DNA of 64,000 nt from an uncultured Oscillospiraceae bacterium (GTDB lineage: Bacteria > Bacillota > Clostridia > Oscillospirales > Oscillospiraceae). This document shows positions 10,757-20,586 of this stretch, piece by piece. The translations under genes were made by a program, and so were the position numbers. The notes under the pieces were generated by a model. It made no database searches. It saw only the letters and a list, made by a program, of their open reading frames with translations, and was not told the origin of the DNA. The stretch lies in assembly GCA_944385675.1 (NCBI GenBank), contig CALWYD010000080.1, positions 35,193-99,192 on the forward strand. The letters run 5' to 3'. How positions within the stretch are numbered: position 1 is the stretch's first letter; each line of letters begins with the position of its first letter.

Positions 10757-11182
10757 TTAGTCCTCCTCATCCTCATCGGCCTTTACCGTGTCATCGCTAA
10801 GGTCCAAAGAGAATTTGCTCTCGCAGTTGGGGCACTGGATAAAGCCGTCGGCCAGCGCCTTGTCGTCAATGATCAGAGGTTCTTCGCAGGTGGGGCACTC
10901 CACCTCAAACCAGTCGTCATCGTAATCCTCGCTCTCATTGTCCTCGTCCTCATCTTCATTCTCAAAGACAACGGACTCCACATCGGCCAGATCGTCGGAT
11001 AATACATCGATCTCCTCGCCCAGAGCCTGGGCATTCTCCTCCAGATCCTCGATGGACAGACCCACTTCCTCCAGAATGCCGATCATGACGGATATCAGCT
11101 TGCCCTCTTTGGACTTTTCAGTATCCAGATTCAGCCCCTCGGCCAACCCCTTCAGGTAGGCAACTTTTTCGGAAATAGTCAT
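10757..11182 (-). CDS. CD1247 N-terminal-domain family acidic Zn-ribbon protein
   Basis: EKVAYLKGLAEGL start, acidic body, CPTC...CPNC; usual neighbour of efp. Confidence 0.8.
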   Translation of the reverse strand: MTISEKVAYLKGLAEGLNLDTEKSKEGKLISVMIGILEEVGLSIEDLEENAQALGEEIDVLSDDLADVESVVFENEDEDEDNESEDYDDDWFEVECPTCEEPLIIDDKALADGFIQCPNCESKFSLDLSDDTVKADEDEED

Positions 11183-11223
11183 ATTCCTTTCCCTTTCCGA
11201 GGCTTTGCCTCATTTCATACAGT

Positions 11224-11793
11224 TTAGCCTTTGCAGCGCTCCAGATACTCACCGGTGCGGGTATCAATCTTAATCTTGTCACCGGGATTAATAAACAGGG
11301 GAACTTTAATCTCAGCGCCGGTCTCCAAAACAGCGGGCTTGGTCACGTTGGTAGCCGTATCGCCCTTAAATCCGGGATCGGTCTCGGTAACCTCCAGATC
11401 CACAAAGTTGGGGGGCTCTACCCCAAATACGCTGCCCTTATAGGACATGACTTTGCAGGTCATGTTCTCCTTCACAAATTTGAAGGCGTCGCCCAGCAGA
11501 TCCTTGCCGATGGGCAGCATATCATAGGTCTCCAGATCCATGAAGTAGTAGAGGTCGCCGTCGTTGTAGCTGTACTCCATGTCCTTGCGGTCTACAAAGG
11601 CCTGCTCAAACTTGGCGGTGGGGTTAAACGAAGTCTCGGTCACACCGCCGGTGATGATGTTCTTCATCTTGGTGCGGACGAAGGCGGCACCCTTACCGGG
11701 CTTCACGTGCTGGAACTCTACCACCTGCATAACCTTCCCGTCCATCTCAAAGGTCACGCCGTTGCGGAAATCACTGGCGGAAATCATTGCCAT
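11224..11793 (-). CDS. efp: Elongation factor P
   Basis: [30 protein letters not shown]. Confidence 0.97.
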   Translation of the reverse strand: MAMISASDFRNGVTFEMDGKVMQVVEFQHVKPGKGAAFVRTKMKNIITGGVTETSFNPTAKFEQAFVDRKDMEYSYNDGDLYYFMDLETYDMLPIGKDLLGDAFKFVKENMTCKVMSYKGSVFGVEPPNFVDLEVTETDPGFKGDTATNVTKPAVLETGAEIKVPLFINPGDKIKIDTRTGEYLERCKG

Positions 11794-11902
11794 TGGGATC
11801 ATCCTCCATCTGTATTATAAATAAGCTGATTTATTTTACCCCATTTTCCCGCCTTTGACAAGGGGTTTACTGGGAATTGGTAAAGTTACTAAGACAAATT
11901 CC

Positions 11903-12967
11903 TTACAGCACAATCAAATCTCTGGGGGAGCGGGTAATATCCTCACAGCCCCCTTCCCGCAAAATAAGCACATCTTCAATCCGCACGCCGAAACGCCCGG
12001 GCAGGTAGATCCCCGGCTCCGCGGATATCACTGCTCCCCTGGGCAGGGGACCGTCCTCAGAAGGGCTGGCATTAGGGGACTCGTGGATATCCAGGCCCAG
12101 GGAGTGGCCGAAACTATGGCAGAAGTAAGGTCCGTAGCCCCCCTCTTCGATGACCCGACGGGCGGCCCCATCCACCGCGCTGCCGGAGACCCCCGCCCGG
12201 GCAGCGCGGATGCCCGCCTTCTGGGCAGCCAGTACCAGGGCATACACCTCCTCCATCTCTTGGGTGGGCTGGCCCAGAGCCACGGTACGGGTCATATCCG
12301 AGCAGTAGCCCTCCACCTTACATCCAAAGTCCATAGTAATGAACATTCCAGATTCCACCGTCTGATCACCGGGCACCGCGTGGGGCCGGGAGCCGTTGGG
12401 GCCCGCAGCTACTACCGGGTCAAAAGACACCCGTTCCCCTCCCCGGCGCAGCAGCTCATAGACCAGGCGGGCGGCAATTTCCCGCTCCGTCATACCGGGG
12501 CGGATGAAACTGAGAATGGCTTTGAAGGCCTCGTCTGTAATCGCCTGGGCCCGGCGCATAGCCACAAGCTCCTCCTCATCCTTGCTGGCCCGCAGACTGC
12601 TAAGAAGGGACTGGGCAGGGGTAAGCATACAGGGCAGGGCCTGGGCATAGCGGTGGTGGGCATCCACCGTCATCTCACCGCTCTCAAAGCCCACATGGTG
12701 CAGCTCATGCTCCTGAATATAGGCCCGGGCCTGCTCCAAATGGCCGCTGCCCGCAGCCACCAGAGACACCTGCACCCCGGTAATTTGCTCCCGGGCCGCC
12801 TCTATGTACCGTCCGTCGGTGGTGTAGTGGCCCCCCTCCCGGGTGACCAGCAGCAGCCCCTCCCCTTGAAAACCCAGGGCGTACCGCTCTCCCGCCTCGC
12901 TGGTAATCAGCATGGCATCCAGTCCGTATTCTGGCAGCTTGGCGGCAATTTGGGACAAATGGTTCAT
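11903..12967 (-). CDS. Xaa-Pro aminopeptidase (M24)
   Basis: DFG..YCSDMTRT, HSFGHSLG, EPGIY, GVRIED. Confidence 0.92.
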   Translation of the reverse strand: MNHLSQIAAKLPEYGLDAMLITSEAGERYALGFQGEGLLLVTREGGHYTTDGRYIEAAREQITGVQVSLVAAGSGHLEQARAYIQEHELHHVGFESGEMTVDAHHRYAQALPCMLTPAQSLLSSLRASKDEEELVAMRRAQAITDEAFKAILSFIRPGMTEREIAARLVYELLRRGGERVSFDPVVAAGPNGSRPHAVPGDQTVESGMFITMDFGCKVEGYCSDMTRTVALGQPTQEMEEVYALVLAAQKAGIRAARAGVSGSAVDGAARRVIEEGGYGPYFCHSFGHSLGLDIHESPNASPSEDGPLPRGAVISAEPGIYLPGRFGVRIEDVLILREGGCEDITRSPRDLIVL

Positions 12968-13119
12968 GGTTTCCCACTCCTCACCCTATCTAAATTGGCA
13001 TCCCTCCATCCCCGCATCGCAAGGTTCGGTAGGGCCCTCTCTTTTTATTGTTCAGGTAAAGTAAATTCGCCCCGAAGCATTCGGCCTCTTGGGCGCAAAT
13101 TTTTGGCGCAGATCTGTCG

Positions 13120-13983
13120 TTACCCCTCATCCAGGAATGTCCGGTAGACCTTCTTCATCTCCAGCGCGTCCTCCGCCTGGCTCCCCGCGCTCTCGCAAAT
13201 AAAGGTGGGCGACCAGCCCCGGCGGGCTACCTGAGCTGCCAAGGGAGCCCAGTTCGGGCCATAGCCCCCGTGGTCGGCAAAGGTGCGGTGGCACTTCTCT
13301 CCCCCTCCCGGCGTAAACTCAATGCGGGAAAAGTGGCTGTGGAAGCGGCTTGCACGCTCTTTCCCCAGCACCGCCTCCACCCGGCTGAGCATCCGGTCAA
13401 AGGCCTCCTCCCCGTCCTCTGCCCCCAGAGAGCGGGCATAAAGATGGCCAAAGTCGATGCAAGGAATCAGCCGCTCGTCCAACGTACACAGCTCCAGCAC
13501 CTCTTCCAGATCCCCCAACTGGTTGATCTTACCCATAGTCTCGGGACACAGGGCAATGTCCCCGAAACCCTGATCGTCGTAGGCGGCCAACACCTCCCCC
13601 AAGGAGTGCACAGCGGTGTCCAGGGCCTCCCGCCGGGTGCGTTTCATTAAAGCGCCGGAGTGAATGACCACCCGCTCTGCCCCCATCCATCGGGCCGCAA
13701 GGCAGGCGGAGGTGATGTACCCGATGGTCTTCTGGAGGGCCTGAGGATCCGGGTTTGCCAGGTTGATGAAATAGGGGGCGTGGAGCGACAGGGCAATCCC
13801 AGCAGCCCGGGCATTCTCCCCCACCTTCCGTGCGGTCTCCTCCCCCACATGGACGCCTTTTCCGCACTGGTACTCGTAACAGTCCCGCCCCAGACGTGCA
13901 ATCCACTGGGGGGCCTGGACAGAGGACTTATGCACATTGGAAAAGCTGTCTGAGTTGCCCGCCGGACCAAAGCGGGCGCTCAC
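13120..13983 (-). CDS. Endonuclease IV-like TIM-barrel protein
   Basis: HAPYFINL, ETMGK, CIDFGH, H.HFS..E...GGE..H. Confidence 0.85.
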   Translation of the reverse strand: MSARFGPAGNSDSFSNVHKSSVQAPQWIARLGRDCYEYQCGKGVHVGEETARKVGENARAAGIALSLHAPYFINLANPDPQALQKTIGYITSACLAARWMGAERVVIHSGALMKRTRREALDTAVHSLGEVLAAYDDQGFGDIALCPETMGKINQLGDLEEVLELCTLDERLIPCIDFGHLYARSLGAEDGEEAFDRMLSRVEAVLGKERASRFHSHFSRIEFTPGGGEKCHRTFADHGGYGPNWAPLAAQVARRGWSPTFICESAGSQAEDALEMKKVYRTFLDEG

Positions 13984-14486
13984 AGGAAGGGCCTGCGCTT
14001 ACCCAGCAGGCGGAAGGGGGTCTCGATAGCGTAGCGGATATATCGCCCGGGGTTGCCCGCCAGGCGGATGGGTTCCACCAGCAGGGGGGTCACCCCCGCG
14101 TTGTTGGCGCCTAATGTATCGGTAAAGATCTGATCCCCCACCATTACCGTCTCCTCCGGTCGGCAGCCCATGCGCTCCATAGCCCGCAAATAGCCCGCCT
14201 TTTGGGGTTTGCCTGAGTGGCCCTGGAAGGGAATCCCCAACTTCTCCGCAAAGTTTTGGGCCCGGCCCGGCTTACGGCTGTTGGACAGCAGAAACAGCCG
14301 GATGCCTGCCGCCTCCAACTCCTTTTTCCATGCCACAATGCTCTCAGGCGGCTGGGTCACTTTGTAGGGGACCAGAGTGTTGTCCAAATCGGCCAGCACC
14401 AGCCGGATGCCCCGGGCGGCCAGCTGCTTCGGGTTCAAGCTGGTCACGGAGGGGTAAACGCCCCGAGGGATAGGTGAAAAGGGCAC
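13980..14486 (-). CDS. yqeG: YqeG family HAD IIIA phosphatase
   Basis: DLDNTL, SN, KP, GDQIFTD; GTG start after GGAGG. Confidence 0.88.
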   Translation of the reverse strand: MPFSPIPRGVYPSVTSLNPKQLAARGIRLVLADLDNTLVPYKVTQPPESIVAWKKELEAAGIRLFLLSNSRKPGRAQNFAEKLGIPFQGHSGKPQKAGYLRAMERMGCRPEETVMVGDQIFTDTLGANNAGVTPLLVEPIRLAGNPGRYIRYAIETPFRLLGKRRPFL

Positions 14487-14615
14487 GTGGATGTCCTCCT
14501 TCTGTTCTAAATACCGGCCCGGGCGGCATAGAGTAAACTGTTCAGACTCCACTGCGCGCCCCAGCGTCTGAACAGTATACCACATCCGCCAAATTTGGAC
14601 AAGGGGGAGCCTGCC

Positions 14616-15419
14616 ATGGCCAACAAAGACATCTTTCTCATTCCCGTCCTGCCCCAACAGCTGGGGCAGCTCCAGGGGCTGGACGTACTGCCCGCCCATC
14701 TGGCCTACCGCATGGGGCGGGGGCCTCATCTGTTCCGATCCGGGGGCGGCACACCGCCTTATGGGGGCGTGATGGTGCTGGATTGCCGAGAATTTGACGG
14801 CTTTGGCCCTCCGGATCCCTTTTGCCAGGAGGTGGTGCGGGAGTGTCTGGCCCGGAACTTCTCCGGAGCGGTACTGGACTTCGAGCTGCGCCTGCCTCCC
14901 CTGGAGCAGGTGGCCGCCCGCCTGGATGAGAGCTTTGCCCGCCGGGGCTGGGAGCTGTATGTACCTGAGAGCTACGGCCACTGTGCCCCCCATGCCCGGG
15001 TGATGATCCCCTCAGCTTTGTCCGGTGGGTCTCTTGCCCTGCGCCTGGAGGAGGCCACAGAGCACTTCGGTCGGGGGCGGGTAGCCTTGGCCCTGGAGAA
15101 GACAGCGGAGGACTTCTTTCTCCCCTCCCCCACCGGCGGGGGTGTCCCCCTCACCCGTGAGGAACTGGATGGGCTGCTGGAGCGCCTGCGCCCCTCTGTT
15201 TTCTACTCCCGGGAGCTGTGCGCACGCTACTTCACCTACATGAGTCGGGAGAGCGGCGCTCATTTCGTCCTCTTCGACGACGGGGATACCCTGGCCCGAA
15301 AGGTGGAGACCGCCCGGCAGGTGGGCATCAACCTCTTTCTCATCCCCTGGGAGCAGGCCCGGGACTGTACCCGGGAGCTGGGCCTGAGCCGTCCGGGGCA
15401 ATCCCGTCCCATCCGTTGA
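14616..15419 (+). CDS. Hypothetical protein, possibly degenerate GH18-like TIM barrel
   Basis: FSGAVLDFE and YFTY...HFVLFDD..TL..K resemble GH18 segments; RBS GGGGAG. Confidence 0.55.
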   Translation: MANKDIFLIPVLPQQLGQLQGLDVLPAHLAYRMGRGPHLFRSGGGTPPYGGVMVLDCREFDGFGPPDPFCQEVVRECLARNFSGAVLDFELRLPPLEQVAARLDESFARRGWELYVPESYGHCAPHARVMIPSALSGGSLALRLEEATEHFGRGRVALALEKTAEDFFLPSPTGGGVPLTREELDGLLERLRPSVFYSRELCARYFTYMSRESGAHFVLFDDGDTLARKVETARQVGINLFLIPWEQARDCTRELGLSRPGQSRPIR

Positions 15420-15482
15420 CATTCCCTGGAAAACCAGATAAAATGGAGCCATCTATCCCATGGAAAAGGGGCGTCTCCGCTT

Positions 15483-16736
15483 ATGATACACCGCGATGAG
15501 ATTCTGGACAGTTTAAACCGGCTTGTCTCCATTCCCAGCGTCACCGCTACCGGATCCGGATCCACGCCCTTCGGGGCGGAAACCGCCCGTGCCCTGGAGT
15601 GGATGCTGGAGCTATGCCGAAGCCTGGGCTTTCGCACCAAAAACTGCGCAGGCATGACCGGCTGGGCGGAAATAGGCCAGGGCAGTGAGTTGGTGGGGAT
15701 CCTGGTACACCTGGACGTGGTTCCTGCGGGTGAAGGCTGGGACTATCCTCCCTTCGCCTGTACCCGGGCGAAAGGGAACCTGTATGGCCGGGGCGTGGCT
15801 GACGATAAAGGCCCTGCCATTGCCTGCATCTATGCCATGAAGGAGCTGCTGGACTCCGGTCTCCCTTTGAACCGCCGCATCCGCATCATCTTCGGCCAAA
15901 CCGAGGAGAAGGGCCAGTGGGCGGATATGGATTACTACCGCAGCCAAGAAGAACTGCCTGACCTGGGCTTCACTCCAGACGGAGATTTTCCGGTTTTGTG
16001 CGGGGAAAAAGGCATTGCCGAGGTGCGCCTCTCCTATCCTCTGGAGGGCTGCGGCCTGACCCTGCTGGAAGGCGGACAAGTGCGCAATATCGTCCCCAAT
16101 CGCTGCCGGGCGGTCACATCGGACGGCCGGGAGGTGACCGCGCAGGGCCGCTCTGCCCACGGCAGCACCCCGGACAAGGGCTGCAACGCCATCTCCCTGC
16201 TCATGGAGCAGCTCCCCGGCCTGCCCGTGGCTGACTTCTACAACGCCTTATTCGGCTTCGACCTGCACGGAGAACGGCTGGGGTGTGCCCTGTCCGACTC
16301 TCAAAGCGGCCCGCTCACTTTAAATGTGGGTACAGTGCACACCACCCAGGATGCAATTGTCTTTACCCTGGATATCCGTTACCCCGTCACCTGTACGCTG
16401 GAGCAGGTTCTCTCCCCCATCACTGCCGCCGTGGCCCCCTTCGGAGTGCAGGTGGAAGTGGGCACCCATATGTCCCCTATCTATATGAACCCGGAGGGAA
16501 CCCTGATCTCCACCCTGATGTCCGCCTATCAAGAGGTCACCGGGGACAAAGACAGCCGGCCTCGGGTCATCGGCGGAGGCACCTACGCCAAGGCCATGGA
16601 CAACATCGCCGCCTTCGGCCCTATTTTTCCCGGCCGGGAACCCGGCGAGCACCAGGCCAATGAGCATCTGTCGGAAGAGGACTTCTTCCGCCTCATCCCC
16701 ATCTACCGCACCGCCCTGGAACGTCTGGCCCGCTAA
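15483..16736 (+). CDS. pepV: M20 (PepV/Sapep) dipeptidase
   Basis: HLDVVPAG, GRGVADDKGP, TEE, GGGTYA, HQANE. Confidence 0.88.
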   Translation: MIHRDEILDSLNRLVSIPSVTATGSGSTPFGAETARALEWMLELCRSLGFRTKNCAGMTGWAEIGQGSELVGILVHLDVVPAGEGWDYPPFACTRAKGNLYGRGVADDKGPAIACIYAMKELLDSGLPLNRRIRIIFGQTEEKGQWADMDYYRSQEELPDLGFTPDGDFPVLCGEKGIAEVRLSYPLEGCGLTLLEGGQVRNIVPNRCRAVTSDGREVTAQGRSAHGSTPDKGCNAISLLMEQLPGLPVADFYNALFGFDLHGERLGCALSDSQSGPLTLNVGTVHTTQDAIVFTLDIRYPVTCTLEQVLSPITAAVAPFGVQVEVGTHMSPIYMNPEGTLISTLMSAYQEVTGDKDSRPRVIGGGTYAKAMDNIAAFGPIFPGREPGEHQANEHLSEEDFFRLIPIYRTALERLAR

Positions 16737-16780
16737 GTCTCAGAGCAGACAGCCCGGACTCATTTCTTCTAAGAACACAA

Positions 16781-16825
16781 AAATCAACGGTCGGACGGAG
16801 CGTGCTCCGTCCGACCGTCTTTTTT
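16781..16825. terminator. Bidirectional terminator
   Basis: ACGGTCGGACGGAGC-GT-GCTCCGTCCGACCGT-CTTTTTT. Confidence 0.75.
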
Positions 16826-16839
16826 GCGCGTTAACTTTC

Positions 16840-19026
16840 TTATTTACCCATGATGCGGGCCATCTGCACCATGGTAACCGCCACCTGGGCCCGGGTAGCC
16901 GTGGCCAGGGGGGCGAAGCTGCCGTCATCCCCGCCGCTCATGATGCCCAGGGTATAGCAGGTCTGGACGCCGGCGGCAGCATAGTCGGAAATAGAGGCGG
17001 CGTCGGTATACCGGGCCTGGCCCTCATTCACCACAGTGGAGGAATGGGGGTAGTTTTTGAGGAATCCATCAAAGAGAGCGGCCATATCCTGGCGGGTAAT
17101 GGGGGCGGTGGGGTTGAAGTCGGCCGCCATCTCGGCGGGGACAAATCCCTTTTCCAGCGCCCAGTTCACATATCCGGCGCGCCAGGCGCCGCCTGCCACG
17201 GGGGCAATGGTCTCACCGGAGAACTGGCTGAGGACGGTAAGAAACTCAGCGTAGTTCATGTTGGCCTCGGGAGCAAAGGTGCCGTCCCCGGCCCCGGCGA
17301 ACAGGCCCTTCTCGTACACAGTCTCCACAAAGCTGGCATACCAGGCGGAGGGGGACACGTCAGTAAAAATCTGGCCGGGGGCCATGACGGTCAGGGAGGT
17401 GGATGCGGTGGTGCGGCTGAACTGTCCGGAGGTGGCCTTGGCCTTAATGGTATGGGTGCCGCCGCCCAGACTGTCCAGATTCAGGTCATAGTAGTAGGGG
17501 GCCTTGGTCAGGGTGGCCACCGCGTTCCCGTCCACATAGTAGGTTACCGAGGTGGCGGCGTTGCCGGGGAAGGTGGCGTAGGTGGCCAGGCGCAAAGTGC
17601 CCTTCTGGGTACCAGAGAGGGAGGCGAGGGGCTGCCAGGTCTGGGTGCTGCTCTCCCCCTGGGCCAGGTAGGCCCCGTTGGATTGGATGGCGGACCGATA
17701 GGCCTGGGCCACAGTGTAATTTTCGTCCAGGGCATAGTTGTACTGGGCCCCGGAGAGGGTGTTGTCAAAGTAGAACACAGCTTTGATCTGGGGGTAGATC
17801 ATGTTTACATAGGAATAGAACTTGTTCACCTGATCGGCGGCAAAGGAGGTCAAGTCAGCACCGGTGGAGTTATTTTTGTAGGCAAAGCCGCACTCGCTGA
17901 TCATCATGGGCTTGCCGTGCTCCTGGGCGAAGCGCACCAGCGGCCGGAGGATGACCAGCGGGTCACTGTCGTAGAGGCCTTTGCCGTAGTAGGCGTCGTT
18001 ACCATAGCCGGTGGCGCCAAAGGTGTAGGAAGTGGCCTCGCCGGTGTAGTTGGTGTTGTGGTAGGTGGATACGCCGATCCAGTCCACGTACTGGTCGCCG
18101 GGGTAGAAGTCCTCAAAGGTAACATTGCGGTTGCTGACGTTGTCCGGGGAGAAGACCATCTTTATATTGTCGTACTTGGCCGCCTCCTGGGCCACCTTGC
18201 GGAAGGCCTGAATATAGGTATCGGGGTCACAGTCTGACCAGTTGTTCATCTCGGCCCCTAAGCGCAACAGGACGGTGGCGTTCAGGTTGCCCATGGCCTG
18301 CAGGCTCTCGGCAATGTAGCTGTCAGCGGACAGAACCTGCTGGGCGCCGGCAGTGCTCTCAGAGGAGAAGTTCCAGGCCAGCTCAATGACGCCACCCTGG
18401 ACCGCCTGGGCAAACTTGGGGAAGGTCTTGGTGTTGTAGTCAATCCAGTACTGCACCGAGTAGCTGTCCCCGAAGGTGACATACATCAAAACGGCGGACT
18501 CCCCACTCTCTGATCCGCCAGCAGTGGAGCCGTACCAAGTGCCGCTGGTGGGAGCTCCGGCATCAGGATAGCTCTGGCCGGGCTGGTCGGTGAGCACATA
18601 GATAGCCGCCTCCTGGGAGGCCCGCAGGTACTCCAGCCGGGCATTGACGTTAAGCAGGGTATCCTTGTAGCTCTTCACGTTGTCGTTGAGCCACTGGGCG
18701 TACTTCAGCTCCAGCTCCAGCCAGCGGATGGCCCCGTCGATGTCGCCCTTCATCTCGCAGCACCAAGCGGCCCGGCCGCACTTGGGCTCCAGGTTGTAGC
18801 AGATATCAGTGCAGATATCGTACTTGCTCAGCAGGTCGTAGGTCTGCTGGGCCACGGTGATCACCGCGTCGGCATCCTGGCTGCTCACTGCCTCGTCCCA
18901 GGCACTATGTAATTTCCAGTAGGCGGAGGGGTAGGTGAAGTCGGCAAAGGCAGCCGTACAGCACAGCCCCACTGCCATCACCAGGGACAGAGCGGCAGCC
19001 AAGGTTCGCCGCAAACAACGTTTCAT
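16840..19026 (-). CDS. Secreted GH26-like glycoside hydrolase with Ig-like and SLH domains
   Basis: Signal peptide; LRLGAEMN, FYPGDQYVDWIGVS, KPMMISECG; C-terminal SLH repeats (FTDV..WYA, ITRQDMA, TRAQVA). Confidence 0.85.
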   Translation of the reverse strand: MKRCLRRTLAAALSLVMAVGLCCTAAFADFTYPSAYWKLHSAWDEAVSSQDADAVITVAQQTYDLLSKYDICTDICYNLEPKCGRAAWCCEMKGDIDGAIRWLELELKYAQWLNDNVKSYKDTLLNVNARLEYLRASQEAAIYVLTDQPGQSYPDAGAPTSGTWYGSTAGGSESGESAVLMYVTFGDSYSVQYWIDYNTKTFPKFAQAVQGGVIELAWNFSSESTAGAQQVLSADSYIAESLQAMGNLNATVLLRLGAEMNNWSDCDPDTYIQAFRKVAQEAAKYDNIKMVFSPDNVSNRNVTFEDFYPGDQYVDWIGVSTYHNTNYTGEATSYTFGATGYGNDAYYGKGLYDSDPLVILRPLVRFAQEHGKPMMISECGFAYKNNSTGADLTSFAADQVNKFYSYVNMIYPQIKAVFYFDNTLSGAQYNYALDENYTVAQAYRSAIQSNGAYLAQGESSTQTWQPLASLSGTQKGTLRLATYATFPGNAATSVTYYVDGNAVATLTKAPYYYDLNLDSLGGGTHTIKAKATSGQFSRTTASTSLTVMAPGQIFTDVSPSAWYASFVETVYEKGLFAGAGDGTFAPEANMNYAEFLTVLSQFSGETIAPVAGGAWRAGYVNWALEKGFVPAEMAADFNPTAPITRQDMAALFDGFLKNYPHSSTVVNEGQARYTDAASISDYAAAGVQTCYTLGIMSGGDDGSFAPLATATRAQVAVTMVQMARIMGK

Positions 19027-19266
19027 ATTGATGCGCTTCCTTTCCTTCTTTCAAATAGCACAAAATCAGTGCTTCCACATAGTTTTTATTATAGCACTTT
19101 TCTTGTTTGATACAATCCTTTTTGCTGGAATGGGCAAAAGAAATGTGAACTTTTCGGAAATAAGCTGGACAGACGGGGGCGAGTTGGATTATGATAGGTT
19201 TTGTATGAACATGCACACTTGGCACGAGTTTTGTCCCCTGAGGACAGCCGCGCCTGGAGGTCATCC

Positions 19267-20586
19267 ATGAAACATTCTTTCTTTGGTGGGGTACATCCCG
19301 CCGGACAAAAAGAGAGTACGCGGCGCAAGCCCATTGCCCGGCTGGATCCTCAGCCCCAGCGGGTTATTATTCCCCTTTGTACTGGTTCCTTGGGGGGGGC
19401 AGAGCCTCTGGTTCGCCCGGGGGATCCGGTGAAGGTGGGGCAACCTCTGGCCCGGGGAACCGATGGGGGTGTAGGGGTTCATGCCAGCGTCTCCGGCCGG
19501 GTGGCCGCCCTGGAGGTCAGGCCCCACCCCTGGGGCGGGAGTCTGCCTGCTTTCGTGGTAGACAATGACGGGCAGAACGAGCCCTGGAACGACTGCCCCA
19601 GCCCCCTTCATTTAGATGAGATCACCCAGTCACTGCTGCTGGAACGCACCCAATGGGCCGGCGTGGCCGGCATGGGAGGCGGTGCCTTCCCCACTGCCCA
19701 GAAGCTGGAGCAGGCCGCCGGACATATTGATACGCTCATCGTAAACGCCGCTGAGTGCGAGCCCTATGTCACCGCCGACCATCGTCTGCTTCTTGAACGC
19801 AGTGACCATATCCTTCAGGGAGCTCAGGTCATTGCCCAGTGCTTGGGGGCCAAGCGGACTGTTGTAGTCACGGAAGGGGACAAGCTCAATGCTGTGGAGG
19901 CGGTAGAGCGCCGGCTGCGCAAGCGGGGCGTTCAGATGGAACTTTGCACCGTGGGGACTCGCTACCCCCTTGGGGCAGAACGGCAGATCGTTCAAACCGT
20001 CACCGGACGGGAAACGCCGGCGGACAGGACTGCTCTGGACATGAACTGTCTTGTTTTGAATGTGGCTACCGTCTTTGCCATCCAGGACGCTCTGTTCCGG
20101 GGAAGAGCTTTGACCCACCGGGCCGTCACCGTCACCGGCGGGGCAGTGGCCCGGCCACGCAACCTGTGGGTTCCCATCGGCACCCCCTTGCGCTGTCTGT
20201 TGGAGTGCTGTGGCGGGTTGCGGGAACCTCCTGAGCTCATTCTCACCGGGGGGCCCATGATGGGAATCCCCCAAAACAGCCTGGAAGCTCCGGTGGTCAA
20301 AAATACCAACGCTCTCATCTGTCTGACCAAGTGGGAACGTCGGGGCCAACGGCCGGAGACCACTTGCATCCGCTGCGGCAAATGTGTCGCTGCCTGTCCC
20401 ATGCACCTCTCCCCTATCTTCATTGCCCAGGCTCTGCGGCAAAACCGTACCAACAGGCTGCCCGCTCTCCATCCTCAGGACTGTATTCAGTGTGGCTGCT
20501 GCTCCTATATCTGCCCTGCCGGTATTCCTCTTATCGAGCTGGTGCGGCAAGCCGGAGAACTGCTGGAGAAAGGGGGAACCGCCTGA
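19267..20586 (+). CDS. rnfC: RnfC-like electron transport subunit
   Basis: FFGGVHP, HASVSG, GMGGGAFPT, NAAECEPY, GGPMMG, CIRCGKCVAACP, CIQCGCCSYICP. Confidence 0.92.
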   Translation: MKHSFFGGVHPAGQKESTRRKPIARLDPQPQRVIIPLCTGSLGGAEPLVRPGDPVKVGQPLARGTDGGVGVHASVSGRVAALEVRPHPWGGSLPAFVVDNDGQNEPWNDCPSPLHLDEITQSLLLERTQWAGVAGMGGGAFPTAQKLEQAAGHIDTLIVNAAECEPYVTADHRLLLERSDHILQGAQVIAQCLGAKRTVVVTEGDKLNAVEAVERRLRKRGVQMELCTVGTRYPLGAERQIVQTVTGRETPADRTALDMNCLVLNVATVFAIQDALFRGRALTHRAVTVTGGAVARPRNLWVPIGTPLRCLLECCGGLREPPELILTGGPMMGIPQNSLEAPVVKNTNALICLTKWERRGQRPETTCIRCGKCVAACPMHLSPIFIAQALRQNRTNRLPALHPQDCIQCGCCSYICPAGIPLIELVRQAGELLEKGGTA

